From NCBI GenBank assembly GCA_034780895.1, contig JAUZTB010000066.1:22666242-22730212 (forward strand): 63,971 nt of DNA, read 5' to 3'. This DNA is from Rhynchobatus australiae (taxonomy: Eukaryota). Positions within the stretch are counted from its first letter, which is position 1, and each line of letters opens with the position of its first letter. The notes under the pieces were generated by a model, which searched no databases, was not told the DNA's origin, and saw nothing but the letters and a program-made list of their open reading frames with translations. A program made the translations under genes and the position numbers. Shown piece by piece: positions 14,818 to 26,660 of the stretch.

Positions 14818-15112
14818 TCATAGAAAGCCATTCAGCCCATTGAGTCTATGCTGGTTTTCAGAGTATTTCCATCAGTCCCCCATGGACTTTACTATGACCT
14901 ACTCTCTTTCACAAGCCCATCAACTCCTCCCTGATTCTCCTGGCATCCTCCTACACTAAGGGTAATTTACAATGGCCAGTTAACCTACCAGCACAACTTT
15001 GAGTTATGGGAGGAAACTGGAGAAAGCAGGGAAACCTATGCAGTCAATGTGAGAATATACAAACTCTACACAGTCACCCTGGGAGGTCAGGATCGAACCC
15101 AGGTCACTGGAG
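14818..15112 (-). mobile_element. V-SINE (HE1-like) with CR1-type tail
   Basis: Reverse strand carries a B-box (complement of ggatcgaacccagg), the V core (complement of gggaggaaactggagaaagcagggaaacc..aaactctacaca) and a CR1-like tail (complement of gccattcagcccattgagtctatgctgg). Confidence 0.8.
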
Positions 15113-15299
15113 AGTCAAGTCAGTTCTGAAAATCAATCTGGTTCATTAATTGATGGTGGATTGCTGTTACCCACATTACCACTCTTTTTCCTCACTACTC
15201 ATCCCAACTCAACAGAACAGCCCCAACCCCCCACACAGCTCCCTAACTCTGTAGTTCTTTCTTCCAAACTACATGATGGTGCAATGCAAAGTGACACTT

Positions 15300-15425
15300 C
15301 ATACCTCCAGGGACCAGATTTGATACTGACCTCAGGTGCTGATTGTGTGGAATTTGTATGTTCTCCCAGTGACCATGAGAGCTTCCTTCAGGTGCTGTTA
15401 TTTCTTCCAACGTCACAAAGATGCT
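15300..15425 (+). mobile_element. V-SINE fragment
   Basis: tgacctcaggtgctgattgtgtggaatttgtatgttctccc..caggtgctgttatttcttccaac..aaagatg is a degenerate V core like that at 20230-20310. Confidence 0.65.
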
Positions 15426-15469
15426 TTACTGCGCTCATCCCATATCTAGAAATCCAGAGGTCTTTATTG

Positions 15470-16800
15470 TGAATATACTCAGTGACTGAATTTCCACAGC
15501 TGTCCTCTGGAAAGATATGCAAAGATTCACTACCCGCTAGATGAGAAAATTTCTTCTTGTGTCAGTTCTGAATGGACAATGCTTTCTTTTGAGAATTTGA
15601 ACCCGCAGATGTAGATCTTGGAATTGGATCTGTCCCAATGCAGGTTTTCAACTCAAAACATTGACAATTCCTTTCCACCCACAGATGCTGCTCGACCCAC
15701 TGACTTCATCCAACAGATTGTTCGTAACATTAGTTCTGTATCTGCCCTCTCAAACACCTGAAGAATTTTGTTCATTTCAATTAGATCACTTTTCATTCTT
15801 CTAAACTCAAGAGAATACAGATTGTCTGCTTAATTTCTCTTGATATGACAATCTCCCCATCCTAGGAATCAATCTGCTGAACCATTACTACATTACTTCT
15901 GTCAGAAGTACATCCTTATTTTGAAAGAAAAAACTGACTTACACATACTTTTTCAGATACAATCTCAGTGCAATTCCATATAACGAGAGCAAGAAATCTC
16001 AACACTGAGATTCAAATCCTCTTGCAATAAAGGCAATGTACCATTTGCCTTCCCCTATAGCTCGCAGTACCAACACATTAACATACAGTGATTTGTGTAC
16101 AAGGGCATGCAAGTCCTTATATACTTGCAATCTCTCGTCATTGGAAAAAAATTCAGCCCTCCATTTTTTCTGCATTGTGTTCCACCTGTCATGCCGTTGT
16201 CCATTCACTTTGCCTGTCTGTATCCCCCTCACAACCTACAACACCACTTAATCTTGTATTGTCAGCAAACTGGCATCTATTACTATTATCTCCTCATCCA
16301 AATCATTGATATAAATTGTAGACAGAAGGGGCCCCTGCATTAAATCCTGCTTCCCACGCCCTAAAAATGACCCATNNNNNNNNNNNNNNNNNNNNNNNNN
16401 NNNNNNNNNNNNNNNNNNNNNNNNNNNNNNNNNNNNNNNNNNNNNNNNNNNNNNNNNNNNNNNNNNNNNNNNNNNTGCTTCCCACGCCCTAAAAATGACC
16501 CATCAATTCTTCCTCTGTTTTTTGTCTATTAACCAATCCTCAACCTATGCAGGTATATTACCCCCAATGCCATGAGGTTTAATTTTGTTTAATAACTTCT
16601 TATGAGGTAACTTATCAAAGGCTTTCTAAAAGTTAAAAACCATCACATCAGCTTTTGAGTTTATACAACCTCAAACAGATTTGCCTTAAAATGATTACCC
16701 TTTCATAAATACATGTTGACTTTGTCCAATCTTGTAGTTATTTTCCAAGTGTCCTGCTTTGATTTCCTTAATAACAGCATTTTCCCCAATGCTGTTTAAC
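15470..16800 (-). mobile_element. CR1-type LINE, degenerate RT region
   Basis: Minus-strand peptides (IAFIARGFE; LHALVHKSL) and overall similarity to 11099-13309. Interrupted by a PLE-derived piece at ~15630-15725 and a 100-N gap. Confidence 0.75.
15630..15725 (+). mobile_element. Penelope pseudo-LTR fragment with decayed hammerhead
   Basis: tgtc-ccaatgc-aggttttcaactc-aaaa-catt-gaca keeps stem I (tgtc/gaca) with a mutated core, followed by the family tail cacagatgctgctcgacccactga. Confidence 0.65.
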
Positions 16801-17044
16801 ATGTTGCTGTCATAACTTACACCTACTGAACCTTAACATGATGCAGGTTGCTGCTTAACAATGCTGTCAAATTGTTCCTCTGTTGTGAATCCTTGAGATA
16901 TGCTTCAATGTGAGATGCCTTGTCCACATCCGAGCCTTTATACCTATGCACGTCTTTCGTAGAAATGCACACTATCCCTCTGAGTAAATGTTGGTTTAGA
17001 CCTGACATGCACAAAAGCACAATGTGGTGGCAGCTGAAACTGGT

Positions 17045-17205
17045 CAGATAATGCTAGAAATATCCAATGGGCCAGGCAGTATCTGTAGAGAGGGACAATT
17101 AACTCAGTCTGTCAGTGCACAGATGCTGCCAGATTTACTGAGTGCTTCTTGAATTGTCTGACTTTACTCTGCTGGTGATGGTCTTTTACTAGAAATCTTA
17201 ACCCT
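17045..17205. mobile_element. Inverted Penelope pseudo-LTR relic with decayed hammerhead
   Basis: ggcagtatctgtagagag and cacagatgctgccag form inverted arms. A hammerhead-like ctggtga-tggtcttttacta-gaaa lies at 17172-17195. Confidence 0.55.
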
Positions 17206-17214
17206 GCTAATTCA

Positions 17215-17790
17215 TTAACAACTTATATTTATACTTTAAGGCATCAAACATCTCAAGGAGCATTATCAAAGAAAATACTGACCCTTATGAACTTTTCAGG
17301 CAGAACTTGATCAAAGAGTAAATTTTAAACAAGTGCCTCGATGAAGAGTTGAGAGGCTTAGAGAGGAAATTGCACAAGTTAGGGCTTTGGCAGCTGAAGG
17401 CATGTCACCATGTGATGATCAAATTCAGGGCACAAGCAAGAGTCTGGAATTGGAGGAGTTCGGATTTCTCAGAGAATTACAAGGATGGAAGAGATAGAGA
17501 CACACAGACAGACAGAGACAGAAATGGACCTGACTCTGGATGGATTTGAAAGCTTGGTGAGAATTTTGAAATCAAGCAATGCTTAACTAGGATCCAGAGT
17601 AGGGCAGTGAGCATGGGGGTGATGGGTGAACAGGAAAGTGAGAGACAGAAAGAACACAGGCAGCAGGGGTTTGAAGGATTTCGAGTTTACAAAGGGTAGA
17701 ACCAGGGAAGCCAGGAAGGAGAACATCAAAACCGTCAAGTCCAGATGCAGCAAATGTTTGGAAAGATGGGAACAACAGATGTACTGTGGC
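17215..17790 (-). mobile_element. L2-like LINE 3' end
   Basis: The minus strand near 17360-17404 reads HAFSCQSPNLCNFL, resembling the L2 C-terminal RAFSxxGPxLWNSLP motif. Similar to 26040-26660. Confidence 0.7.
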
Positions 17791-19619
17791 AGAGATCGAC
17801 GTAGCAAGCAATCTAATATACATATAGAAAAGCAGTCATTTCCTGTTGTTTCTTTCCATCATTGGAGAAGCAATTGATTTATAAACATCCGCCAATCTAG
17901 AGAGGAACTTCTATCTTCTACTTGACCTCAGGGTATATGTAAACAGAATTAGCTTCTAATTGACCTCTTTGTAACAATTAAACCTGGTGACCTTAAGAAC
18001 TATCAACATGCATTTATATAGTGCCTTTACCATTGGAGAAATGACCCAAGGCATTTGACCTACAGAGGAGAACAAGGTCAGTCTTTTAAATAAGATGGTG
18101 ATGAAGTTGTGGAGCAAATTAATAAAAGGGGAAGTGGAGCTGTATACCTTAGGCTTTATTGATGGATTGTATGAATTACTTCTAAGAGCAGGGCACTGAG
18201 ATGTAAATTTTTGAATAATGGGTATCTGGAATATTTATGATACTTTGATAAATACAGTTCAACATTGCTATTAGTTTCTAATTCATTGTTGACTACCAAG
18301 GTGAGGCAGCAGTAAAAGGAAATGGCTTTGAAAACTCACATGGCTAATAATCAGTTATAAAAACTGTTGTAGCAAGTAATATCTTTACACATACAACCAT
18401 TAAGCTCAGGTAACATTTTATAACCAGATTTTCTAACCTTATCTAAAGGGTTAAATGCTGCATCCTTACAATATGCCATCAGCTAGTTATGCTCTGTTGT
18501 GTTGCATAATCCAGCTATGGAAAGTACCTCAGCATGTTAACGTTCATCACAGAATTGTTTTGGATCATCACGTTGTGGATAGATGGTTTCAAAACTGCTT
18601 CTTAAATTAATGTTCAAGGAAGTCAATAAAACTTGAGAAATTACTTTATTGANNNNNNNNNNNNNNNNNNNNNNNNNNNNNNCCTTCTAAAAACACTGAT
18701 TAACAAATGTTAGTGTAATTAATTTTTAAAGAAGGCTGTATTTTGCTTGTTAAATCCTTGTTAATTTGATCAATGTGGAACACCTGAATATTGAGCCATG
18801 TCCTTTTCCTACCAACCAAAGCTGATATTTTACATTCACCATTTTAGATATGAGAGGAGATAAGGTTCTGACCTAAGTGATCAGGAAATTTCAGTGGTTT
18901 GATCAAACATCCTAAAGTCTTGATAGTTACGAAAGCAATAGTTATAGAAACACTGAGACTCACGCAGAGCACTGCTGGCATTGACTAGTTGGGCCAGATG
19001 GCCTGTTTTCATGCTGCAGCCAGTGTAATCAATGGTGCAACGAATTAATTAATGCAGAAGTTGAGTTCCATCTTCCTGTTATAACGTTGTCATGTTTCAC
19101 CTATCTCCGTGTGTATCTGGAGCTCTTGAACAAACAAATGGCAATTTTGTGAACTGCATCATTCCGTGATAAATGACTCAAAACTCAAAGGAATTTATGC
19201 CTTTGTATTACATGTCAATCATGAAATCATCAAGCTTGTTTGTGGCTTTATGAAGAATGTGTATAGGATTCATTCATGAAATAGTTCACAATTATCAAAG
19301 TATTTCAAAACTGCGAATGAAATGATATTAAAGTGTTGAAATACAGGGAAGTTTCTCTTGCTGTACCTTTCCAACACACTGCTCTTGTTGAGGAAAAGTA
19401 TGACCATTTTGCTAAACCACCGACATCCAATGTTTATTATGATAAAGGCCAGTTAAAAACAGCTTGTAAATCAACTTTAGATGAGCAATTACTAAGTAAG
19501 AGCCAAGCAAGAAATGATACCTGTCTGTGATCCTGATGATGGAAAAGATAAATCATCTGAAAGATTTTAGAATATGATTGTACCTTGTGTCCTATATTAA
19601 TCCAGCATTTCTTAAAAAG

Positions 19620-19770
19620 GATTATCTGTTCACTACCACATTACAGTTTGTGGAAGCTTGCTGTCCATCTATTGACCACCACATTTTGTGAATTATGACA
19701 GTGAATACATTCAAACTTATTTTGTTGTCCAAAAAGTGCTTTGGGATTTTGTAAAAGGGATATAAGTGAC
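19620..19770 (+). mobile_element. Deu-domain SINE 3' fragment
   Basis: gattatctgttcact..gtttgtggaagcttgctgt..acagtgaatacattcaaa..aaagtgctttggga matches the 3' part of the Deu-SINE copies. Confidence 0.6.
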
Positions 19771-20169
19771 CAGAATTGAACTTAGAAATTTGAGTTTGTA
19801 ATTGTCCTTATAAATATATACACATGAAATATACATCCTCCTGCCACTTGATTTAGAAGCATAATTTCACACTCTTTACAAAAATTTGCTTGATTAAGAT
19901 TTACTCTGCATCAAGAACAATATTGTTTTGTAATAAAATTTCACTTGTGTCCAACTACATTTAGTGGAGGTTTGCTGTTGAGTAATAATGATGGTCAAAG
20001 TACTCAGTGTGAAGTATAGTATTTGGAAATATAATAATATATCTTTTATTTGATCTCCACAGGTTTTTTGAGTTGCATATAATTCTTTGTCATGTGATAG
20101 ATGCAGTTTTTAAAATCATGTATTAAATAATTCATATTTTCTTTGCTAATCTTATAAATCCTGTCTGCT

Positions 20170-20455
20170 TAGTGTTGCAGTTAGCGTAACGCCTTACAGT
20201 GCCAGCGACCCGGGTTCAAATCCGGCCGCTGTCTGTAAGGAGTTTGTACATTCTCCCCATGTTTGCGTGGGTTTCCTCCGAGTGCTCCGGTTTCCTCCCA
20301 TTTTCCAAAGACGTACAGGTTAGGAACTTGTGGGCATGTTATCTTGGCGCCGGAATAGTGGCAACACTTGCAGGCTGTCCCCAGAACACAATGCAAAAAA
20401 TTGTATTTCACTGTGTGTTTCAATGTACATGTGACTAATAAAGATATCTCATCTA
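20170..20455 (+). mobile_element. Young tRNA-derived V-SINE, near full length
   Basis: Pol III B-box ggttcaaatcc at 20213-20223 and V core gggtttcctccgagtgctccggtttcctccca. Many CpGs are retained. The tail is tttcactgtgtg..atgtgactaataaagatatct. Confidence 0.9.
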
Positions 20456-21090
20456 CCATTTTGGGTTCAGGAATGGTGTCATTTCCAGAGCAGTTCTACT
20501 TAAATAGGAGCTGCCTCATGCATTTCTCTACACACTTGTACTGTACTGTAAACACTACAGTCAGTGTAATAATGGTATGACTTTGTGACTTGAACAGGAT
20601 ATTTGCATCTTTCATGTGTATAACTTTATTTTGGCAAACTGAGTAAACACTCAGTGAGATAGTACTGTATGCAAGCTTTATTTCATGGTAAGATAAGTGT
20701 NNNNNNNNNNACTTAATTCAATCACCACAATTTATCTTTGCTGTAATAAAGAAATGAAGAAATTATTCTGTTTCCCTGCATCAATGGGTTGTCTTAGTTG
20801 ATTTAAGCAAGATGACTGTTAAATTCTTGGCATTTTTTGGCCTTGGCTATCCAGTTCCTTCACAGTAGCAACTGGTGACTGCCCTTGAACGAAGGCTAAT
20901 GCATCTAACCTTTGTGTTAGTGTTAGGCATTTTTTAACAGTGTAAGAAATTGACTGTCATTTGCAGCCTTATGGGCAAAGACTTGTGAACACTAAATCAT
21001 TGCCATCTTAACACTCTATCAGCTCACAGCTTTTGTTCACACTTTTGATTAAATGTACTGAACTTTTAAAAAATCCAGCATTAAGAGTAA

Positions 21091-21307
21091 AACCATAAAT
21101 TCTGTGCATTCTCAGTGGGTCAGTCAGCATCTATGGAGAGAGAAGCAGAGTTAATGTTTCAAGTCAGTGATCATCAGAATTAATGTTTCTGGTCATTAGT
21201 TCAGGAATTAATTCAGTTCCTTCCTCCACAGATGCTACTTAACCTGCTGAGTAACCCCAATATTTTCTTTTACTTCAGATTTCCAGCATCTGAAGTAGTT
21301 GCTTGAA
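21091..21307. mobile_element. Inverted Penelope pseudo-LTR mini-element
   Basis: Inverted arms at ~21111-21155 and ~21206-21251. Minus-strand CTGATGA..GAAA core at 21153-21177. Flanked by cattaagagtaa and cattacgagtaa. Confidence 0.7.
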
Positions 21308-21549
21308 CATTACGAGTAATTCTTTTTTGAATAATGGTCAAATAAATCCTGAAATCTAACTGCTGTTTATATTGTTTAAGTTGTTCCTTATTAATGCAGT
21401 TGGAAGGTAATGAGACTTCGCAGCTGGTTAGAGCAGTAGATCCGTGGTTGTCAGTTCATCGAGATTTATACTTCATTTATTTTTTAAGTGTGTTATTAGG
21501 AATACAATATATTATTTTTTGCTTCACCTAATCAAACCATCACCCACAG

Positions 21550-21785
21550 CAGCAATTCGTATTTGTATAAACATTGTATAAAATAACATCTCTAAAGCTT
21601 TTCACAGGTTTGTTATCCAACAAAATTTGGCAGCAAGTGATAAAAGAAACTGCTCAGACAGATGCCAAAAGCTTAGTCAAAGAGAAAGATTTTAAAGTGT
21701 GGATGAGTGGACAGGAGGGGCAGAGATGTTTTGGAATGGATTCCAGTGCTTGGGGGGCAATGCAGCTAAAGGCACAGCCTGCAGT
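21550..21785 (-). mobile_element. L2-like LINE 3' end
   Basis: ttcacaggtttgttatccaacaaaatttg..ccaaaagcttagtcaaagag..gcagctaaaggcacagcc, the same family as 17215 and 26040. Confidence 0.65.
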
Positions 21786-21789
21786 ATTC

Positions 21790-21880
21790 CATCCCAGGCA
21801 ACACCTTGGTGAATCTACTCTGCACCATCCCCAGTTCTATCGTCTTTCCTGAAAGTCTGGTGACCAATGGACAACGTAGT
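21790..21880 (-). mobile_element. Short CR1 RT fragment
   Basis: catcccaggcaacaccttggtgaatctactctgcacc is the complement of the VQxRFTKxLPGM motif, also seen at 42915-42950. Confidence 0.6.
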
Positions 21881-23804
21881 GGGAGGTTGCTTTGGTGATG
21901 ATATTCTCCTGAACAAAACACTCAATCACTATTCTAAGATAGTCCTCTGCAAATATGCCGAACGTTGAATATAGGCAATTACCTAACTGTATATGGTCTC
22001 TGGATGTGATCCAATATGATCCAAATTCTGCCAAAATCAAAGTTACATCACCTCACCTTTAGTGTGCTGGCTGGGTTTTCTATGTGATGTGCTGGGTGAA
22101 ACCTGGTGAGATTTGTCATGTTATGTTACATTTTAGGAGGAAGGATTTCATCTGAATTTAGCTCCCTTCGGTGTTTCAGTGGTTTTCCACATCTTATCTG
22201 GAGAATGGAACCAACTACCTCTCATGTGATTAAATCCTTGCCTATTTACTTTTTTCATGGGTCAGCTTTAGCTGCATCAGTTTTTTGAGGCAGGAGTTAA
22301 ACCCATAAAGTAAATTTCTGAATGCATGCTCAATTGCTGGGAGCACATAGTGGAAACGACAATGCTTCCCTCCTTGATTTTTCTGTCCAATTAAGTAGAC
22401 AAGTATTGGCAATGCCCTCTCAGTTACCCACTGTGTGCTGCTAGTGGTGTAGTCCCTTTGCCAGGAGCTCATTTGTAAAATTTAATCTAGTATGTCCACN
22501 NNNNNNNNNNNNNNNNNNNNNNNNNNNNNNNNNNNNNNNNNNNNNNNNNNNNNNNNNNNNNNNNNNNNNNNNNNNNNNNNNNNNNNNNNNNNNNNNNNNN
22601 NNNNNTTAAGTATTCCCCAAATATTCTTTCCAGTAATTACCTAACATTGTATCTACCCCTCCAGTTTATTTATATGCAATTTATTGTATTTATTTCTGGA
22701 AATCTTCTAATTGCATACCTGCCGTTCAAATTTCAGAAGGCTGCATCGAAGTAGACAAGCTTTGTGAATCCAAGCCATTGTGAGTTGGTAGGCAAAAACT
22801 GCCCTCTTGATTTGTAGCTGAAAATATAGATTAAAATTTGCCATTTATTTGGTGACAGAAAGCTTTGTTAATATGCCGCAATCTATAAAACAAATTCAGT
22901 ACAGACAAGGTTAAAGTCAAACCCCTAATTACAGAATGAAAGGTTGTCCTAATTGGCTCTCTTCACTGTAATTAGCATGGATGATTCTAATCAGCTCATG
23001 TGAAACCAATCTAATGCTTTGGAAATAATGTCTTCAGTTTTGCTTTCCAACTACACTGTTTTGTGAGGTATCTTTAATGACAGTCATTAAACTATTGCAG
23101 TACCAGAGATGTACTATTCTGTTGTTCTTTGAATACTAAGTACTTTTTCTCTGACCGTGGTGTACTATTGTGAGAGACTTTTAGAGAATTAGTTACCAGC
23201 ATTTCAGAAGGGGAGGGACATTGGCTCACTCCTTGAGATATAATGTGAGATGTAATGAGTTTATGGCTAATATGGTAATATATTTGGGTATCCTAGCCAA
23301 ATACCTTAATTTTTCTTATTGGACTGATGTGATGTATTTTGGGACGTAGTGAAGTAGGTGAATAATAGTCATTTGAAGGGTCATGAAGGTGAGACTTTTA
23401 AAATTCATTCTTTGCTGTTATTTTCCTTTAATCTAACTCATGCATTATTGACTTCCTGAGATATGATTAATTATTCGTATGTAATGTGTAAAAATGTAGC
23501 AATTTTAAATTCAGCATGATAATAATGTAGAACAATCTATCTGCACTATTTAGGTATTAGTTATTCACTAACTGAAAGAAAATTCCTTTAATCAATCTGC
23601 AAAGTGTAAATATAAATGCCTTGGTATTTCCAATCGAACCATAAAGAAGTACTCCAAAAGAAGTAATGTTCCTATTTTGTATTGTAGCGACAGAAAGATC
23701 CTCAGAAACAATTACTTGGTCATTTCGCTTAGTAGCCAGAGAAATTCTTATATTAGAATGTTAATGCAAGACCACAATTACCCCATTCCAATTTGTATTA
23801 GCTA

Positions 23805-24100
23805 CTGTTGTGTCCCTCTTTCAGATGAGACGTTAATACGAGGTTTTGTTTGATTTCTGAGGTAGATGTTAAAGATCCTACAGCATGAGTTTGAAGAAAA
23901 ACAAGGAATTACTGTTGATCTCTTAGCGAATACTTATTCTGAAGCCAACATTACTGAAACAAGTTATCTGGTTATTTTCCTCTTGTAGTGAGCGGGAGCT
24001 TTCTATGCACAATTACTCCTTATACTGTTGAAAGTTGGCTGTAAACCACTTTGAAACATCTTGAAAGGGGATGAAGAATGCCATGTAAATGCAAAGCTTT
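23805..24100 (+). mobile_element. Deu-domain SINE (SacSINE1-like)
   Basis: ctttcagatgagacgttaa..aggtagatgttaaagatcc..tttgaagaa..ttatctggttatt..ttggctgtaaa..taaatgcaa. Confidence 0.75.
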
Positions 24101-24479
24101 TTCTTTCCATGTAATAGGGCCACATAGAGCCAATTAATCACAGAACCAATTAACCAGAGAAACAATTAATCGCAAAGAAATCTTGTTGCGCCTTTCATAC
24201 TACAAAAGAAAATAATTATGAACATCAATTTCAGAGCACATTTACTCATTTACAGATATTTTTAAATTGCTCACTATTCTTAATTTCTTTGGTTCTGGCA
24301 TCTTCCACAAATGTATAGTGATAAAAGAATTGAAGAATTGGTACATATTATGCAGTGACTCTAACATGGTGAGATACTCCAGAGTGCATTAAAGCCAATT
24401 TTGAAGTATAATCTCTTCAGTAATAAAGGAAGCATGGGATCCAATAGAAAGTAACTGCAAATTTCAATATATTAATAAT

Positions 24480-24720
24480 GAAATCATCTCAATTGTTTGT
24501 AGTTTTGTTGACTGAGGGATAATTATCAACCAGAAGTTCCCTTGCTCCTTAAAATTGAACCACAGAAGTTTTAAAGAGGGTGGGCAGGATTTTTTTTCCA
24601 ACATCTCATCTGAACGATGGCACCTGCAGAGATACAGCATTCCTGCAGTGCTGCCTGAGCAACAAGCTAGATTGTCTGTGACTTGAACCCACAACTTTCT
24701 GTCTCTCCAGCAAGAAGGAG
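24480..24720 (-). mobile_element. Deu-domain SINE fragment
   Basis: gttgactgagggataatt..aacatctcatctgaacgatggcacct..gacttgaacccacaactttctg (complement of the tRNA-like head). Confidence 0.7.
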
Positions 24721-26039
24721 TCACATTTCAAGCCGTGAAAACATTAGCAAATGCAAAACTACTTTACTTTATTGCTTCCAATAATAGCAAGTCCTGCAAC
24801 CCAGTCATAACGATGGTGCATTTTGGTATTAAATCTGCCCACGTGAATGCCAGTAAATGTGAGATTCTGTGCAGTCATGGAGTTTCCCATCTTGCTGGCC
24901 AACCTCCACTGCCTGTGTGTAGATGCTGGGCTCAGCATGGAGTCCAGTGGTGTAGAAACAGCTCACTGGGATTCCCCTATATTTCCAATGGGGAAATCTG
25001 CTCTCTGACCCTGCACCAGCTGAATGATAGCTACAGGACTGAAAGGAAGAAAGGAGAAAACAAGATTGTTTCCTACTTTTTAAAAATGATTTTTGTTTGC
25101 TTTCATGTTTTTATTCATATGAATTAATTTTACTTTTTAATTTTAAAAGCATTAAATTGTTTATTTACTATTGTTTTTAAATACTTCTGAATATCCAGGG
25201 CATCCAGAAACAGTGAGAAACCTTGACAGTTTTGATAGATGGTATAAAGTAGGGGCCATATTAGCAAAACGTTTCCGAAAGATTTTTGTCAGTGGGGCTT
25301 GTTGTATTACCTTTGCATGAGGCCCTGCCATTACCCAAGACCTCACCATTTTCTCCAGGACCAGCTCAGCAAGTAATGTTGGCTCTACAGCTGCTGAACA
25401 GGTAAGTTCAGAACAGAGAGGATTGTGAGCTGTGAATGTAGAACCCATCAAGGAAAAGCTAAGCCCATGCTGTCTTTTTTGACCACTAGCTTTTTCTGCA
25501 GAGAAATATGAGTTAGGAGACTGCTTCCGCCAAAGATTTGACAATAGGTATGAGTTCCACATTGGATTTGGAGAGTAACAATCCTGCCAGTCTATATTTA
25601 GATTATTTTGACAAGTAAACAAATGTCATAATATGTTATTCCGTGCCACTAGATAGACATTTGAAGCTGTGAAAGAGTCAGCAGCTTGATTGCATAACTT
25701 GATATAAAGAGAGATTGCACGGGACAGTATTAGTCACAGAAAGGAAATCAATGAAAATGGAAAGAGATATCTGCATTATGCCTGTATAATTATTGAATTA
25801 CAGTAGAGTTACTCAAATAGTTTTTGTATTTGGTCTTCCTGGCATTTTTCATCATATTCATTTGCTCAAGGAAACATCAATCACAGAAAGGTTGAATTAA
25901 TCAGGCTCAAGATTCTTTCGATGATCATTTGCACCACAACTGATGGTATGTTAGTTACAGGCTCACTAATTTTCATGCAGAAGCTTCTGTCTCAAGATTG
26001 CACTGATGAAATACTTCAGAATGAATGCAGAGAAAAACA

Positions 26040-26660
26040 AACAACAACTTCCATTTATACTGGCTGTTTAATGNNNNNNNNNNAGATGTTTCACAGGAGA
26101 AGTTAAGGAACTAACTAAGGAAAGGCAGGGAAGATGACAAAAGCTAGGTCAAAGTGGAATGTTTCAAAGAGCTTCATCAAGGAGGAAAGAAGTGAAGAGG
26201 TTGTGGGAGGGAGTTACAGAACTCAAGGTCTTTGCAACAAATCCAGTGATTATGAATCAGTTAAATTCTGGAATATACAAGAGGTCAGAAGCAGAGTAGC
26301 GCAGATATTTCTGAAAGTTGTAGGCTGGAGGAGACAGAGAAACAAGGATTATGGCCATGAAGGAACTTAAAAATAGTGGTGAGAATTTTAGAAGCCAGGT
26401 GTTGATTAATGGCAAATTAATGTTGATCAACAAGTATAGAGTTGTAAGGAAAATGGATATTTTTGCAATTTAGGGCAAGAATAGCAGAGTTTAGGATGAC
26501 CTCGGGTTTCCTAACAGTCAGAAAAAGAAGCCTAGCCAGGAGTCTGTTTTGATTTGTCATGTTCAGAGGTAACTGAAGCACAAATGGAGATTTCAGCAGC
26601 AGATCAGCTGAGACAAGTCCAGAAGCATATAATGTTACATCGGTGGTAAGAGGTCTTCGT
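26040..26660 (-). mobile_element. L2-like LINE 3' end
   Basis: Begins with the tail acaacaacttccatttatac, then ttcacaggag..aaaagctaggtcaaag..ggccatgaaggaacttaaaa..gagaattttag; aligns by eye with 17215-17790. Confidence 0.7.

Noticed and set aside
16348-16503. 28-bp direct repeat (tgcttcccacgccctaaaaatgacccat) either side of a gap
   Set aside because: It flanks an exactly 100-N placeholder, so it is most likely unmerged overlapping contig ends.
25161-25622. 153-aa minus-strand ORF
   Set aside because: Non-ATG start and no recognisable domain; the length is compatible with chance.
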